DNA of 64,000 nt from an uncultured Acidimicrobiaceae bacterium (lineage in GTDB: Bacteria; Actinomycetota; Acidimicrobiia; Acidimicrobiales; SZUA-35), in assembly GCA_947259095.1 (NCBI GenBank), contig CAMYLA010000005.1, positions 21,028-85,027 of the forward strand, given 5' to 3'. The translations under genes were made by a program, and so were the position numbers. Within the stretch, counting starts at the first letter, position 1. Each line of letters starts with the position of its first letter. A model generated the notes under the pieces. The model worked only from the letters and a program-made list of their open reading frames with translations. It was not told where the DNA came from and made no database searches. Shown one piece after another: positions 1 to 8,918 of the stretch.

Positions 1-484
1 GCGATACCTTCACCCATTCCTCGGAGGAGCTCTGATCGACGATCAGGAAGGCCCGCTCGCCGCCGAACTGGGTCGGGTTTGGGAACCAGTGTTGCACCGG
101 ACCCGTTTCGGGCTCGAACATCGATGCCACCCCGACACCGGTGACCGTGGCCACAGAGGAGCTGTCCGGCAACACCACCCCGGCCCGATCCCACCGGGCC
201 GGGTCGTCGAAGAAGACCTCGCCGTCGGTGGAGGGACGGGCCAGAGGCTGATTGCCGACATCGAGGGATGGGTCGGCGTCTCCGGTTCCGAAGGCCAGCC
301 GCTCACTCTCGGGGGCGGGCTCGGCCGCCTTGCGGGCCGAAGCCGACTGGTCGGTTTCGGGACGGACGACCTGGATCATCGCCCCGACGGCGAGGAGGCC
401 CCAGGCGATGAGCAACAGCGAGCGGGAACGGTTCACCCGGTCCCCATCGGCCGGTGTGGTGCCGATGTGAGCGATTCGGCCCAT
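1..484 (-). CDS. membrane-anchored exported protein, N-terminal part only (gene continues beyond window start). The visible tail resembles the N-terminal region of actinobacterial L,D-transpeptidase-type proteins.
   Basis: Own translation of the minus strand from ATG (CAT at 482-484): MGRIAHIGTT..RSLLLIAWGLLAVGAMIQVV (one TM)..HWFPNPTQFGGERAFLIVDQSSSEEWVKV. Third codon positions are G/C-rich. It is absent from the ORF track because no stop lies inside the window. Confidence 0.5.
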   Translation of the reverse strand, partial: MGRIAHIGTTPADGDRVNRSRSLLLIAWGLLAVGAMIQVVRPETDQSASARKAAEPAPESERLAFGTGDADPSLDVGNQPLARPSTDGEVFFDDPARWDRAGVVLPDSSSVATVTGVGVASMFEPETGPVQHWFPNPTQFGGERAFLIVDQSSSEEWVKVS

Positions 485-541
485 GCCGCCCCGGGCCGCC
501 CGGCCCAGGTCGCTCGTTGTGGTCGGCCGGCCCGATCCGGC

Positions 542-1273
542 TCAGCGCACCGCCATGGCGACATCGCTGACGTCGGCCACGCACTCGTCGTCACCCCTGG
601 CGACCGATGCCGTCAGCGCCACCTCGGTGGCCCCGTACAACGAACCGAGCAGACCCTTGACCATGCCGCGGTCGACGGCGCAGATCACCGGATGATCGAT
701 GGCGACCTCACCGAAGGGGCAGTGGCCGGAGACGATCCGCAGATCCTTCCCCTGCCGCTCGGCATGGGCCGCAAATCCATGGGCCGACAGCGCATCGGCC
801 ACGACGTGGAGGGCCGATCGGAACGACCGTTGGCGCTCGGAGGTGTCTCCCATGCTCGCTGCCATCCGCCGGCCGAACTCCAGGCCCACCTCCTCGGCCA
901 GTGCCGCCGCCTCGTCCTGGGGCAGCCGGGACAGGGCCCTTCCGAGCAGGGTGACGAGGATGTCATCGTGACCGACGTCGAGATCGAGCGACAGCTCGGG
1001 CTCAACGGCCCGGTAGACCTTGGCCGGCCGCCCCGCGCCCTCGGGCTGGCGGTGGCTGATCTCCAGATAGGAGCCGCCGGCCAGTTTCTCCAGGTGGTGA
1101 CGGGCGACGTTGGCGTGGAGCCCGATGGCATCGGACACCTCGGCCGCGGTGAAGCCATCGTCGTTCTGGCGGACCATGAGGTAGATGTCTCTCCGTGTCG
1201 GATCACCGAAAGCCGAGGTGATGGCGTTCACAAGACTGGCGAACTCCGTCGGGTTGAGGGCTCGCTGGGACAC
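542..1273 (-). CDS. winged-helix transcriptional regulator (ArsR/DeoR-like, COG2345/SufR type) with a Cys/His-containing C-terminal domain
   Basis: 243-aa ORF with GTG start. It has a wHTH (RRDIYLMVRQNDDGFTAAEVSDAIGLHANVARHHLEKLAGGSYLE) and a C-terminal SGHCPFGE..HPVICAVDRGMV segment. It is divergent from the Fe-S carrier gene. Confidence 0.75.
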   Translation of the reverse strand: MSQRALNPTEFASLVNAITSAFGDPTRRDIYLMVRQNDDGFTAAEVSDAIGLHANVARHHLEKLAGGSYLEISHRQPEGAGRPAKVYRAVEPELSLDLDVGHDDILVTLLGRALSRLPQDEAAALAEEVGLEFGRRMAASMGDTSERQRSFRSALHVVADALSAHGFAAHAERQGKDLRIVSGHCPFGEVAIDHPVICAVDRGMVKGLLGSLYGATEVALTASVARGDDECVADVSDVAMAVR

Positions 1274-1279
1274 TTCGGT

Positions 1280-1285
1280 AGTCTA
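1280..1285 (-). promoter_or_regulatory. candidate -10 hexamer (TAGACT) placed for a leaderless transcript of the regulator gene
   Basis: Plus-strand AGTCTA at 1280-1285 is TAGACT on the minus strand. Six nt separate it from the GTG start (1273-1271), and no Shine-Dalgarno can fit. This geometry is typical of actinobacterial leaderless mRNAs. Confidence 0.3.
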
Positions 1286-1379
1286 CTTGACAACAAACCG
1301 AGGTGCCCCGTCACCGCTTCCGCCTGACCCGGCAATCGGGCAGGTGGTGAGCCGTACCGAGGCGCAGTGAGGAGTACCG

Positions 1380-2561
1380 GTGTCGGGAAACGGTGGAGCT
1401 GTAACCGAAGAGGCGGTGACCGAGGCACTGCGCCCGGTCCAAGATCCGGAGCTGCATCGGAGCATCGTCGAACTCGGCATGGTCCGCCGGATCGACATCG
1501 CCGTCCCGCTGGTCACCGTGGCCGTCGACCTGACGATCGCCGGCTGTCCGCTTCGGGCCGAGATCGATCGACGGGTCAAGGAGGCGGTGCTGTCCCTCGA
1601 CGGCGTCGACGATGCCGTCGTCGAGTTCGGTGTGATGACCGATGAGCAACGGGCCGAGCTCCGCAAGAACCTCCACGGAGATCCCGGCGCCACCGCCGGT
1701 GCCAACCAGGCCCACGGCCACGCCGAGGGCCGGGCCATCCCCTTCGCCGACCCCGACAATCGCACCAGGGTCATCCTGGTCGCCTCGGGCAAGGGTGGCG
1801 TCGGCAAGAGCTCGGTGACCACCAACCTCGCGGTGGCACTGGCCGCCAGGCCCCACACCGGTCAGGAAGGCCGCCGGAACAACAAGGTGGCGGTGGTCGA
1901 CGCCGACGTCTGGGGCTTTTCCATACCCCGCATGCTGGGCGTCGACCGTGACCCGGTGATCATCGACGAGATGATCGTTCCACCGGAGTCGTTCGGTGTC
2001 CGCTGCATATCGATGGGTTTCTTCGTCGAGGAGAATCAGCCGGTGATCTGGCGTGGTCCGATGCTCCACAAGGCCCTGGAGCAGTTCCTGACCGACGTCT
2101 ACTGGGACGACCCGGATTTCCTCCTGGTCGACCTCCCGCCCGGCACCGGCGACATCGCCCTGTCGCTGTCGCAGTTCCTGCCCCGCTCGGAGTTGCTGGT
2201 GGTCACCACACCCCAGGCGGCGGCCCAGAAGGTGGCCCAGCGGGCGGCCTACATGGCCCACAAGGTCCGGATCACCGTTTCGGGCGTCATCGAGAACATG
2301 AGCTGGTTCACCGGCGACGACGGCAAGCGCTACGAGCTGTTCGGCTCGGGGGGCGGCCAGGAACTGGCAGATGACCTCGAGGTCCCGTTGCTGGCAAAGG
2401 TTCCCCTGGTGCCCCGGCTCCGCGAAGGTGGCGACACCGGCAAGCCGATCGCCGCCGAGCCGGGGACCGAGGCCGGGTCGGTGTTCGCCGAGCTGGCGGA
2501 ACGGGTCGACGTCGAGCTGGCGCCGAAGAAACGTTTCCGGTCCGAGCTCAAGATCGTGTGA
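1380..2561 (+). CDS. mrp: Mrp/ApbC/NBP35-family Fe-S cluster carrier ATPase with N-terminal DUF59-like domain
   Basis: 393 aa. N-terminus reads LRPVQDPELHRSIVELGMV. It has a ParA/MinD-type P-loop (ASGKGGVGKSSVTTNLA) and a DLPPGTGD switch. Confidence 0.9.
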   Translation: MSGNGGAVTEEAVTEALRPVQDPELHRSIVELGMVRRIDIAVPLVTVAVDLTIAGCPLRAEIDRRVKEAVLSLDGVDDAVVEFGVMTDEQRAELRKNLHGDPGATAGANQAHGHAEGRAIPFADPDNRTRVILVASGKGGVGKSSVTTNLAVALAARPHTGQEGRRNNKVAVVDADVWGFSIPRMLGVDRDPVIIDEMIVPPESFGVRCISMGFFVEENQPVIWRGPMLHKALEQFLTDVYWDDPDFLLVDLPPGTGDIALSLSQFLPRSELLVVTTPQAAAQKVAQRAAYMAHKVRITVSGVIENMSWFTGDDGKRYELFGSGGGQELADDLEVPLLAKVPLVPRLREGGDTGKPIAAEPGTEAGSVFAELAERVDVELAPKKRFRSELKIV

Positions 2562-2630
2562 GAAACCGACGGCGATGTTTTTGGCGGCAAAATCAGACGG
2601 GCCGCCAAGGGGAGACAGTAGGTTGAGGGC

Positions 2631-2864
2631 ATGGACGTTCGAATCGGGATCGCCGACACCACGCAGATCATCGAAGTCGAGATGGACGACGACATGGACC
2701 GCGACGCGCTCCGCTCCGACATCGAGGCTGCCCTGGCCGGCAAGAGCAAGATTCTCTGGTTGACCGATCGTAAGGGTAAGGAATTGGCCGTGCCGAGCGA
2801 GCAGATCGGCTTCGTCGAACTGGGCACCAGCGACGCCGAACGCAAAATCGGGTTCGGCGCCTGA
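2631..2864 (+). CDS. DUF3107-family small conserved actinobacterial protein
   Basis: 77 aa: MDVRIGIADTTQIIEVEMDDD..ILWLTDRKGKELAVPSEQIGFVELG. This is a typical DUF3107 sequence pattern. Confidence 0.75.
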   Translation: MDVRIGIADTTQIIEVEMDDDMDRDALRSDIEAALAGKSKILWLTDRKGKELAVPSEQIGFVELGTSDAERKIGFGA

Positions 2865-2923
2865 CGTCGGCATCCACCGTCCTGCGAATCGTCGCCGGCA
2901 AGGGCGGCGTCGGCCGGACCACC

Positions 2924-3730
2924 GTGGCCGTCGCATTGGCGGCCGAGGCGGCCGCAACCGGCAAGCGGGTTCTGGCCGTCGACGCGTCGGCCTCGGCCGA
3001 CCTCGAACCTCTGGTTGCCGCCAGCGGTCTGAAGGGACGATTCGAAACACTTCGGTTGACCACCAGATCGGCCCTCGACGAATACCTGAAGCTCTATCTC
3101 AAGCTGCCGCTCGGACCATCCCGATTGGGCCCGCTGGCCACGATCTTCGACTACGTCTCGGCCGCCGCCCCCGGCGTTCGTGAGATCCTGATGATCGGCA
3201 AGATCGGCTGGGAGGCCCGCAGTGGCCCCTGGGACGAGATCATCGTCGACGGGCCGGCCACCGGGCACGTGGTGGAGATGATCAATGCCCCGGCGTCGAT
3301 GGCCGAGCTGGTGCCGACCGGCCCTCTGGCCCAGCAGACCGGCTGGCTCCGCGAGGTGCTGGCGGCCCCGACCACCGACGTGGTGCTGGTCACCATCCCA
3401 GAGGAGCTGCCCGTCTCCGAGACCGGTGAGCTCCTGGCGAGGCTGCGAACCGAGACTTCGACCGCAGTCAAGGTGCTGGTTGCGAACCGCACCCCGGTCG
3501 CCATCGACGACGGCGGGCTGGAAGAGGTGGCGCGGCGTCAGGCCCAGGACTATCCGGGGGCGGCCGTGCTGCAGCTGGCCGCAGCCCGCTCGCAGTTGAG
3601 TGCGGTGCAGAACCAGCGACTGGAGGAACTGGCGCTGACCACGATCACCGCAGGCGAGGACCGCAATCGGCCGGTGGACGCGGTGCGCAAGGCGTTGCAG
3701 GGACTCATCGGGCCGGGATCGGCCCGATGA
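2924..3730 (+). CDS. ArsA/Get3-like ATPase, subunit 1. The true start is probably upstream, around 2861-2888, at a non-canonical codon.
   Basis: VDGPATGH switch motif. The in-frame upstream codons 2882-2923 read LRIVAGKGGVGRTT (Walker A), with no ATG/GTG/TTG before 2924. The stop overlaps the next start (ATGA at 3727). Confidence 0.8.
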   Translation: MAVALAAEAAATGKRVLAVDASASADLEPLVAASGLKGRFETLRLTTRSALDEYLKLYLKLPLGPSRLGPLATIFDYVSAAAPGVREILMIGKIGWEARSGPWDEIIVDGPATGHVVEMINAPASMAELVPTGPLAQQTGWLREVLAAPTTDVVLVTIPEELPVSETGELLARLRTETSTAVKVLVANRTPVAIDDGGLEEVARRQAQDYPGAAVLQLAAARSQLSAVQNQRLEELALTTITAGEDRNRPVDAVRKALQGLIGPGSAR

Positions 3731-4830
3731 CCGACGCCGCCGACGACGGGTCGTCGGATCCTCCGGGGCTGGCGGAGATCGACCGACAGCTGCAACGGGC
3801 CGAGGTGCTGGTCATGGCCGGACCGGGCGGGGTCGGCAAGACCACGATCGCTGCCGCGCTGGGCGTCAGAGCGGCCCAGGTCCACGGCAGGCGGGTGGTG
3901 GTGGTCACCGTCGACCCGGCAAAACGATTGGCCGAGGCCCTCGGCATGGCCAGCCTGACAGAGGAGGCGGTGCTGGTGCCGGTCGGCGAGGGGCCGGGCC
4001 GGCTCTGGATGCTCATGGTGGACATGGCAAAGAGCTGGGATGAGCTGGTGCTGCGCCACGCCCCCGACCCCCGGGTCGGGGAGCGGCTCCTGGCCAACGG
4101 CCTCTACCGGACGCTGACCAGGGAGTTCGTCCAGAGCCACGACTACATCGCCCTCGACCACCTGGTCTCGCTCAGCGATCAGGATCGCTACGACCTGGTG
4201 ATCGTCGACACACCACCATCGGGCCATGCTCTCGATCTGCTGGACGCCCCGGGGCGCATGATCGAGTTCTTCCAGAGCAGGCTGTTGCGGTGGCTCACCG
4301 CCAGTGCCGGCTCGGGGCTGACCGCAGTGGCGGCAAAGCCGTTCCTGCTGGTCGCCGAGCGCATGCTCGGCACCGACTTCCTGTCACAGATCACCGAGTT
4401 CTTTGGTCTGTTCTCCCGGCTCCGGGCCCCTTTCGTGGCCCGAGCCCGGCTGGTGGAGGAGCGACTGGCCGACGATCACACCGAATATGTCGTGGTGACC
4501 ACGACGGACAGCTCGGTTGTCGACGCCTGCCAGCAGCTGGTCGACGAACTGGAACGACGGGAGCTGGAACCCGGTCTGTTGATCGTCAATCGGCTCCCGC
4601 CGACCCTCCGCCTCACCGGCGCCGGCACCCTCGAGCCCGGGTTCACCCACGATGACTTCGCAGACCTCGACGACCTGTCGCTCCGGGTGGCGGTGGCCCG
4701 GCTGGTCGATCAGGCTGCGACGGCGACCATGCCGGCCCTGGAGGGCAGCCGGGCGGTCGCCGCCGTGGGGTGGAGCGCCGAGGACCTGAGCGATCTGGAC
4801 GGTCTGGCCGCCCTGCTGGGCTGCCGCTGA
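3727..4830 (+). CDS. ArsA/Get3-like ATPase, subunit 2
   Basis: 367 aa with VLVMAGPGGVGKTT P-loop and DTPPSGHALDLL switch. It is translationally coupled to the preceding ArsA-like gene. Confidence 0.85.
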   Translation: MTDAADDGSSDPPGLAEIDRQLQRAEVLVMAGPGGVGKTTIAAALGVRAAQVHGRRVVVVTVDPAKRLAEALGMASLTEEAVLVPVGEGPGRLWMLMVDMAKSWDELVLRHAPDPRVGERLLANGLYRTLTREFVQSHDYIALDHLVSLSDQDRYDLVIVDTPPSGHALDLLDAPGRMIEFFQSRLLRWLTASAGSGLTAVAAKPFLLVAERMLGTDFLSQITEFFGLFSRLRAPFVARARLVEERLADDHTEYVVVTTTDSSVVDACQQLVDELERRELEPGLLIVNRLPPTLRLTGAGTLEPGFTHDDFADLDDLSLRVAVARLVDQAATATMPALEGSRAVAAVGWSAEDLSDLDGLAALLGCR

Positions 4831-4912
4831 CCGCTTTGCCGGGCTGCCGCTGACGGCGCCGGCCCGGCCGGCGGGCGGGCTGCCGCCTCGCGCTGCGGGC
4901 TAGTCTTCTCCG

Positions 4913-6379
4913 ATGGCCCTCCTGAGCGACCTCGCACGGCAATACACCGACTACGGTGCCGCCGAGCGGGCCCACCTCCGACGGCTCATCGGCTCCTGGG
5001 GTCCGCTCTCGGACCTGAGCTTCGCCGACCTCCTGCTGTTCGCCCCGACCAGCCAAGCCGAGGACCAGCTGGTGGTGCTGGGCCAAATGCGGCCGGCGAC
5101 GGCCCAGACCCTCTACCTCGACGACCAGGTCGGGCAGTTGGTCCAGCGCACCGATCGGCCGTTGACCGAACTGGCGTTCCAGACCGGCGACATGCACGAG
5201 AAGGAGGTCGACCTTCGGATCCTGGGGAGAAGGATCCGGATAACCGCCATCCCGGTGGTGTTCCAGGGCCGGGTGATCGCCGTGGTCACCCGGGAGACCC
5301 GCCAGCGCGATGACGAGCCGCAGAGTGGACTCGAGATGGCCTACCTCGACGTGTTCGATCGCCTGGCCAGGATGATCGTCGACGGCAACTTCCCGTTCCC
5401 GTTCGAGGACGCCGTCACCGAGGAATCGCCCAGGGTCGGCGACGGGACCCTGGTGTTGGAGGCCGGCACCAGGGTGGTCTACTCGTCGCCGAATGCGGTG
5501 TCGGCCCTGCACCGCGCCGGTTACCACGGGCGGATCGCCGACCGCCGGCTCCAGGATCTCGGCTTCGACGAAGCGGTGGTGGCCAGCGCCTACCGGTTGA
5601 AGGTGCCGGTGATCGAGGAGTTGGAGCGCGGTGAGAACGTGACGATCCTCAGCCGCATCCTGCCCCTGATCGAGGACGGCGAGGTGACCGGGGCGTTGGT
5701 CCTGATGCGAGACGTGTCGGACCTGCGGCGACGGGATCGAATGCTGGTCTCGATGGATGCAACCATCAAGGAGATCCACCACCGGGTGAAGAACAACCTG
5801 CAAACGGTCTCGTCGTTGCTACGGATTCAGGGTCGACGGCTGGAGAACCCGGAGGCCAAGTCGGCCATCGACGAGTCGGTGCGCCGCATCCAGTCGATCG
5901 CCACCATCCACGAGATGCTGGCAAACAGCGGGGGAGACGAGGTTCCCTTCACCGACGTGGTCGAGCCGATCATGCGGATGGCGGAGTCGAGCCTCGTCGC
6001 CTCCGAGCGGCCGATCAAGTTCCATCTCGTGGGGACCGGGCCGACGCTGTCGGCCAGTCGGGCCAGTTCGCTGGCCGTCGTGGTCACCGAGTTGCTCCAG
6101 AACGCCATCGAGCACGGCTTCCCGGTCGGTTCAGATGGTGGGAACGTGACCGTGGAACTGGTGACGTCGCCGACGGACCTCCGGGTCCGGGTCCACGACG
6201 ACGGGGTTGGCGTGAGCGAACACTTCGATGCCGGCACGGACCCGGGTTTGGGCCTCACCATCATCTCCACGCTCATCTCGGGGGAGCTCGGCGGCGAACT
6301 CAGGATCAGGCAGGCCACCCCACCACAACGCGGCACCCTGGCCGAGGTCCGGGTGATGTTGGACGACGACGACGAGTGA
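4913..6379 (+). CDS. pdtaS: PdtaS-type cytoplasmic sensor histidine kinase (GAF/PAS N-terminus, HisKA_2-type kinase core)
   Basis: 488 aa. N-terminus reads MALLSDLARQYT..LSDLSFADLLLF. It has an H-box (IKEIHHRVKNNLQTVSSLLRIQ) and an ATPase region (ELLQNAIEHGF..GLGLTI). Confidence 0.85.
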   Translation: MALLSDLARQYTDYGAAERAHLRRLIGSWGPLSDLSFADLLLFAPTSQAEDQLVVLGQMRPATAQTLYLDDQVGQLVQRTDRPLTELAFQTGDMHEKEVDLRILGRRIRITAIPVVFQGRVIAVVTRETRQRDDEPQSGLEMAYLDVFDRLARMIVDGNFPFPFEDAVTEESPRVGDGTLVLEAGTRVVYSSPNAVSALHRAGYHGRIADRRLQDLGFDEAVVASAYRLKVPVIEELERGENVTILSRILPLIEDGEVTGALVLMRDVSDLRRRDRMLVSMDATIKEIHHRVKNNLQTVSSLLRIQGRRLENPEAKSAIDESVRRIQSIATIHEMLANSGGDEVPFTDVVEPIMRMAESSLVASERPIKFHLVGTGPTLSASRASSLAVVVTELLQNAIEHGFPVGSDGGNVTVELVTSPTDLRVRVHDDGVGVSEHFDAGTDPGLGLTIISTLISGELGGELRIRQATPPQRGTLAEVRVMLDDDDE

Positions 6380-6390
6380 TGAGGACGGGA

Positions 6391-6711
6391 CTAGCGGCGC
6401 CGACTGTCCTCCTCAGAGGTCGCTCCCCACACCCCCGAATCCTGGTTGGTCGACAGGGCGAACTCGAGGCACGGTACCTGGGACGGGCAGCCCATACAGA
6501 CCACCTTGGCGGCCTCGATCTGATCGATGGCCTGGCCGGTGGTGCCGATGGGGAAGAACAGCTCCGGGCTGGTGTCGCGACATGCCGCCACCTTGCGCCA
6601 GGACAGGTCCGGGTCCGGATCGATCGGTCGACTTGCAACCCGCTGGGCGACGAGCTCAAACTCCTCGAAACCCGGGGGTGACACAAATTCCTTTGAACCG
6701 ACGACTGTCAC
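6391..6711 (-). CDS. whiB: WhiB-family Fe-S transcription factor (WhiB1-like by its position next to pdtaS)
   Basis: C-terminal part of ORF 6391..6861: WRKVAACRDTSPELFFP..AAKVVCMGCPSQVPCLEFAL..DSGVWGATSEEDSRR. The GTG at 6711 is preceded by GGAGGA (plus strand tcctcc at 6715-6720), so I trimmed the ORF to 106 aa. Confidence 0.85.
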   Translation of the reverse strand: MTVVGSKEFVSPPGFEEFELVAQRVASRPIDPDPDLSWRKVAACRDTSPELFFPIGTTGQAIDQIEAAKVVCMGCPSQVPCLEFALSTNQDSGVWGATSEEDSRRR

Positions 6712-6846
6712 GATTCCTCCCTTACAAGCGTGATGGCCTTGATCAACCCTATGGATGTGTGGGCGCGTGCAAGCCGCGCCAAGGAGGCCACCGGGTGTTC
6801 CTGTGTGGTCCACTGATTGCGTCCGAGGCGGGATTTGTTCCCCAGA

Positions 6847-6862
6847 TGTGACTTTAGACATT
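6847..6862. promoter_or_regulatory. weak CRP/FNR-like site TGTGA-N6-ACATT overlapping the candidate whiB -10
   Basis: TGTGActttagACATT at 6847-6862. The left half-site is perfect, and the right half matches 2 of 5 positions of TCACA. Confidence 0.15.
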
Positions 6863-6879
6863 GTTTAGAAGTTCGTAAA
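6851..6879 (-). promoter_or_regulatory. candidate sigma-A-type promoter for the whiB gene (-35 TTTACG, 17-nt spacer, -10 TAAAGT)
   Basis: Plus strand ACTTTA at 6851-6856 and CGTAAA at 6874-6879. It sits inside an unusually AT-rich stretch of the 400-bp whiB upstream region. Confidence 0.3.
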
Positions 6880-7111
6880 GAGTTCGACGTAGACAAATAT
6901 GGCCGTTCTTCGGCTGCTGGTTGGTGATTGTTGCTGAATTGTGTCGTTCGGCACCCGCGTCGGCTCGAACGGCCCCAATTTCCTCGGTTCTTGTGTGTCG
7001 ATCTGCGGGTGGTGGGCCTGGGTGAACCGGCTGCTGTCGGCTCGACCACCCACCGGTTAGATTGTCGAACCACGCCAGAAACGAGACCGGCCGGTCAGGA
7101 GTTGGAAACAT

Positions 7112-7828
7112 ATGGTCAGAGTCATCGCCCATCGGGGCGCATCGGCCACCCACCACGAGAACACCCTCGATGCGTTCCGGGCCGCCGCCGAACAGGGCGC
7201 CCAAGGGATCGAACTCGATGTGCGCCTGTCGGCCGACGAGGTGCTCATCGTGCACCACGATGCCCACCTGAGCGACGGCTCGCTGCTCCGAGAGCTCCCG
7301 GCCGAGCAGCTGCCGGATTGGATTCCCACCCTCGGCGAGGCGCTCGACGTCGCAGGGGGGATGTGGGTCAACGTCGAGATCAAGAACGTTCCCGACGAGC
7401 CGGACTATGACGCCGACCATCGGATTTCGTTGGCGGTGGCCGGCCTCATCGCCGCGTCGCTGGCCACCTCGGCCGCCGACGGTGGGCTCGACGACCCGTC
7501 GGACCGGTTCATGGTCTCGTCGTTCAACGTCGATTCGGTGGAGAGGATCCGTCAGCTCGACGCCGGCATACCGCTGGCCCTGCTGGTGTGGGGCCAGGCC
7601 GACCCCGCCAGCCTGATCGATCGGGCGGTGGCCCACGGCTTCCAGGGCATCCACCCCCATGATCTCCTGGTCGATCGCGGCTTCGTCGCCCGGGCCCATG
7701 ATGCCGGTCTGCAGGTCAACGTCTGGACGATCGACAACCCGGACCGGGTGGTGGAGCTGGCCGGGTTCGGCGTGGACGGCATCATCACCAACGACCCCCG
7801 GGGGGCGGTGGCGGCGCTAGCAGGATGA
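7112..7828 (+). CDS. glycerophosphodiester phosphodiesterase (GDPD family)
   Basis: 238 aa: VIAHRGASATHHENTLDAFRAAAEQGAQGIELDVRLSADEVLIVHHD..VNVWTIDNP..GVDGIITNDP. Confidence 0.9.
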   Translation: MVRVIAHRGASATHHENTLDAFRAAAEQGAQGIELDVRLSADEVLIVHHDAHLSDGSLLRELPAEQLPDWIPTLGEALDVAGGMWVNVEIKNVPDEPDYDADHRISLAVAGLIAASLATSAADGGLDDPSDRFMVSSFNVDSVERIRQLDAGIPLALLVWGQADPASLIDRAVAHGFQGIHPHDLLVDRGFVARAHDAGLQVNVWTIDNPDRVVELAGFGVDGIITNDPRGAVAALAG

Positions 7829-8842
7829 GTTCTGTGATGCCCGGTCCGGCTCGAACCCGGGGGGCACCACCAGCTCGACCGCATCGGGCCGGTAGTCGAG
7901 GCGCAGGATGTCGACCGGCGGCATCGCCTCGCCGTCGAGTTGGAACGGGAACGGCCGGTAGCCCCGCAGCGTCGCTCCTTCGACCGCCTCCCAATGGCGG
8001 GTGGTTGCGGTTTCGGGCACGCCCTGGTCGCTGCGCAGGGCCCCGATGGCGGCCGGCGCCAGTCGCCCGACGGCAAGGGAGCGCAGCACCACGATGGAGA
8101 GCGGGCGATCGAGGGTGGCCTCGGGGGCGAGGTCGAGTGGTCGACCACCGAGATAGGTGTAGGGGTTGCAGTTGAGGGCCACCGCCAGCTGGGCGTCGTC
8201 CACCCGACGACCGTCGTCGGTCTCGACCGAGAACCAGGGGTGTCGCCGGTCGACCCCACGAAACCAGGTGGTGAGGGTCGTGGCCACGAACAGTGGGTGC
8301 CCGAGCCAGCGCTTCAGCGGGCCACGCTCCTCGACCCGCTCGACCACCGCCGCATCGAACCCTGCACCGGCGTGGAACAGGAACGCCCGCCCGTTTGCCA
8401 CCCCGACCCCGGCCGACATGGTCGAACGCCGGTCCAAGGCCTCGACCAGCACCGCCGTGGCCTCGACCGGGTCGTTCGGGTAACCCAGCGCCCTGGCGAA
8501 GACGTTGGTCGAGCCACCGGGAAGCGGGACGATGGCCGCATCGTGGTTGGCCCGGTCGGTGACGTGGTGCCCATCGGCCCCTCGGCCGTTCGTGGCGCCG
8601 GCCGCCGGCCTGGGGTCGAGCAATCCGTTTGCCACTTCGTTGATCGTGCCGTCGCCGCCGAGGGCGATCACCACCTCGGCTCCGGCCCGGTTGGCCCAGT
8701 GGGCGAGCCGGATGGCGTGGCCGCCCTTGGTTGTCTCGATGACGTCCAGTTCGTGGTCGGTCGACAGCAGCTGCTGGATCCGGACCCTGGTCCGAGGGGT
8801 CACCGACGACGCGAACGGATTGACGATCAGGGTGACGCGCAC
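7817..8842 (-). CDS. diacylglycerol/lipid kinase family protein (YegS/BmrU type)
   Basis: Part of ORF 7817..9016: VRVTLIVNPFASS..VIALGGDGTINEVANGL. I placed the start at the GTG at 8842, because the longer ORF would overlap the divergent etfB start at 8919. The start is uncertain. Confidence 0.8.
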   Translation of the reverse strand: MRVTLIVNPFASSVTPRTRVRIQQLLSTDHELDVIETTKGGHAIRLAHWANRAGAEVVIALGGDGTINEVANGLLDPRPAAGATNGRGADGHHVTDRANHDAAIVPLPGGSTNVFARALGYPNDPVEATAVLVEALDRRSTMSAGVGVANGRAFLFHAGAGFDAAVVERVEERGPLKRWLGHPLFVATTLTTWFRGVDRRHPWFSVETDDGRRVDDAQLAVALNCNPYTYLGGRPLDLAPEATLDRPLSIVVLRSLAVGRLAPAAIGALRSDQGVPETATTRHWEAVEGATLRGYRPFPFQLDGEAMPPVDILRLDYRPDAVELVVPPGFEPDRASQNSSC

Positions 8843-8918
8843 CGAGCCAGTATGCCCGCAGTGGTCCAACCGAGCGTGGTTTGACCAGGCGGTCAAGTTT
8901 TCCTCTACCATCATCGGC

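Noticed and set aside
1311-3050. Very long antisense ORFs throughout the window (for example 1311..3050, 12158..14878, 21599..24259, 43635..46793 and 46991..48571, all on the strand opposite to recognisable genes)
   Set aside because: They are R/P/G/H-rich with no motifs and lie exactly opposite genes with clear family signatures. They are typical stop-poor shadow frames of high-GC DNA.
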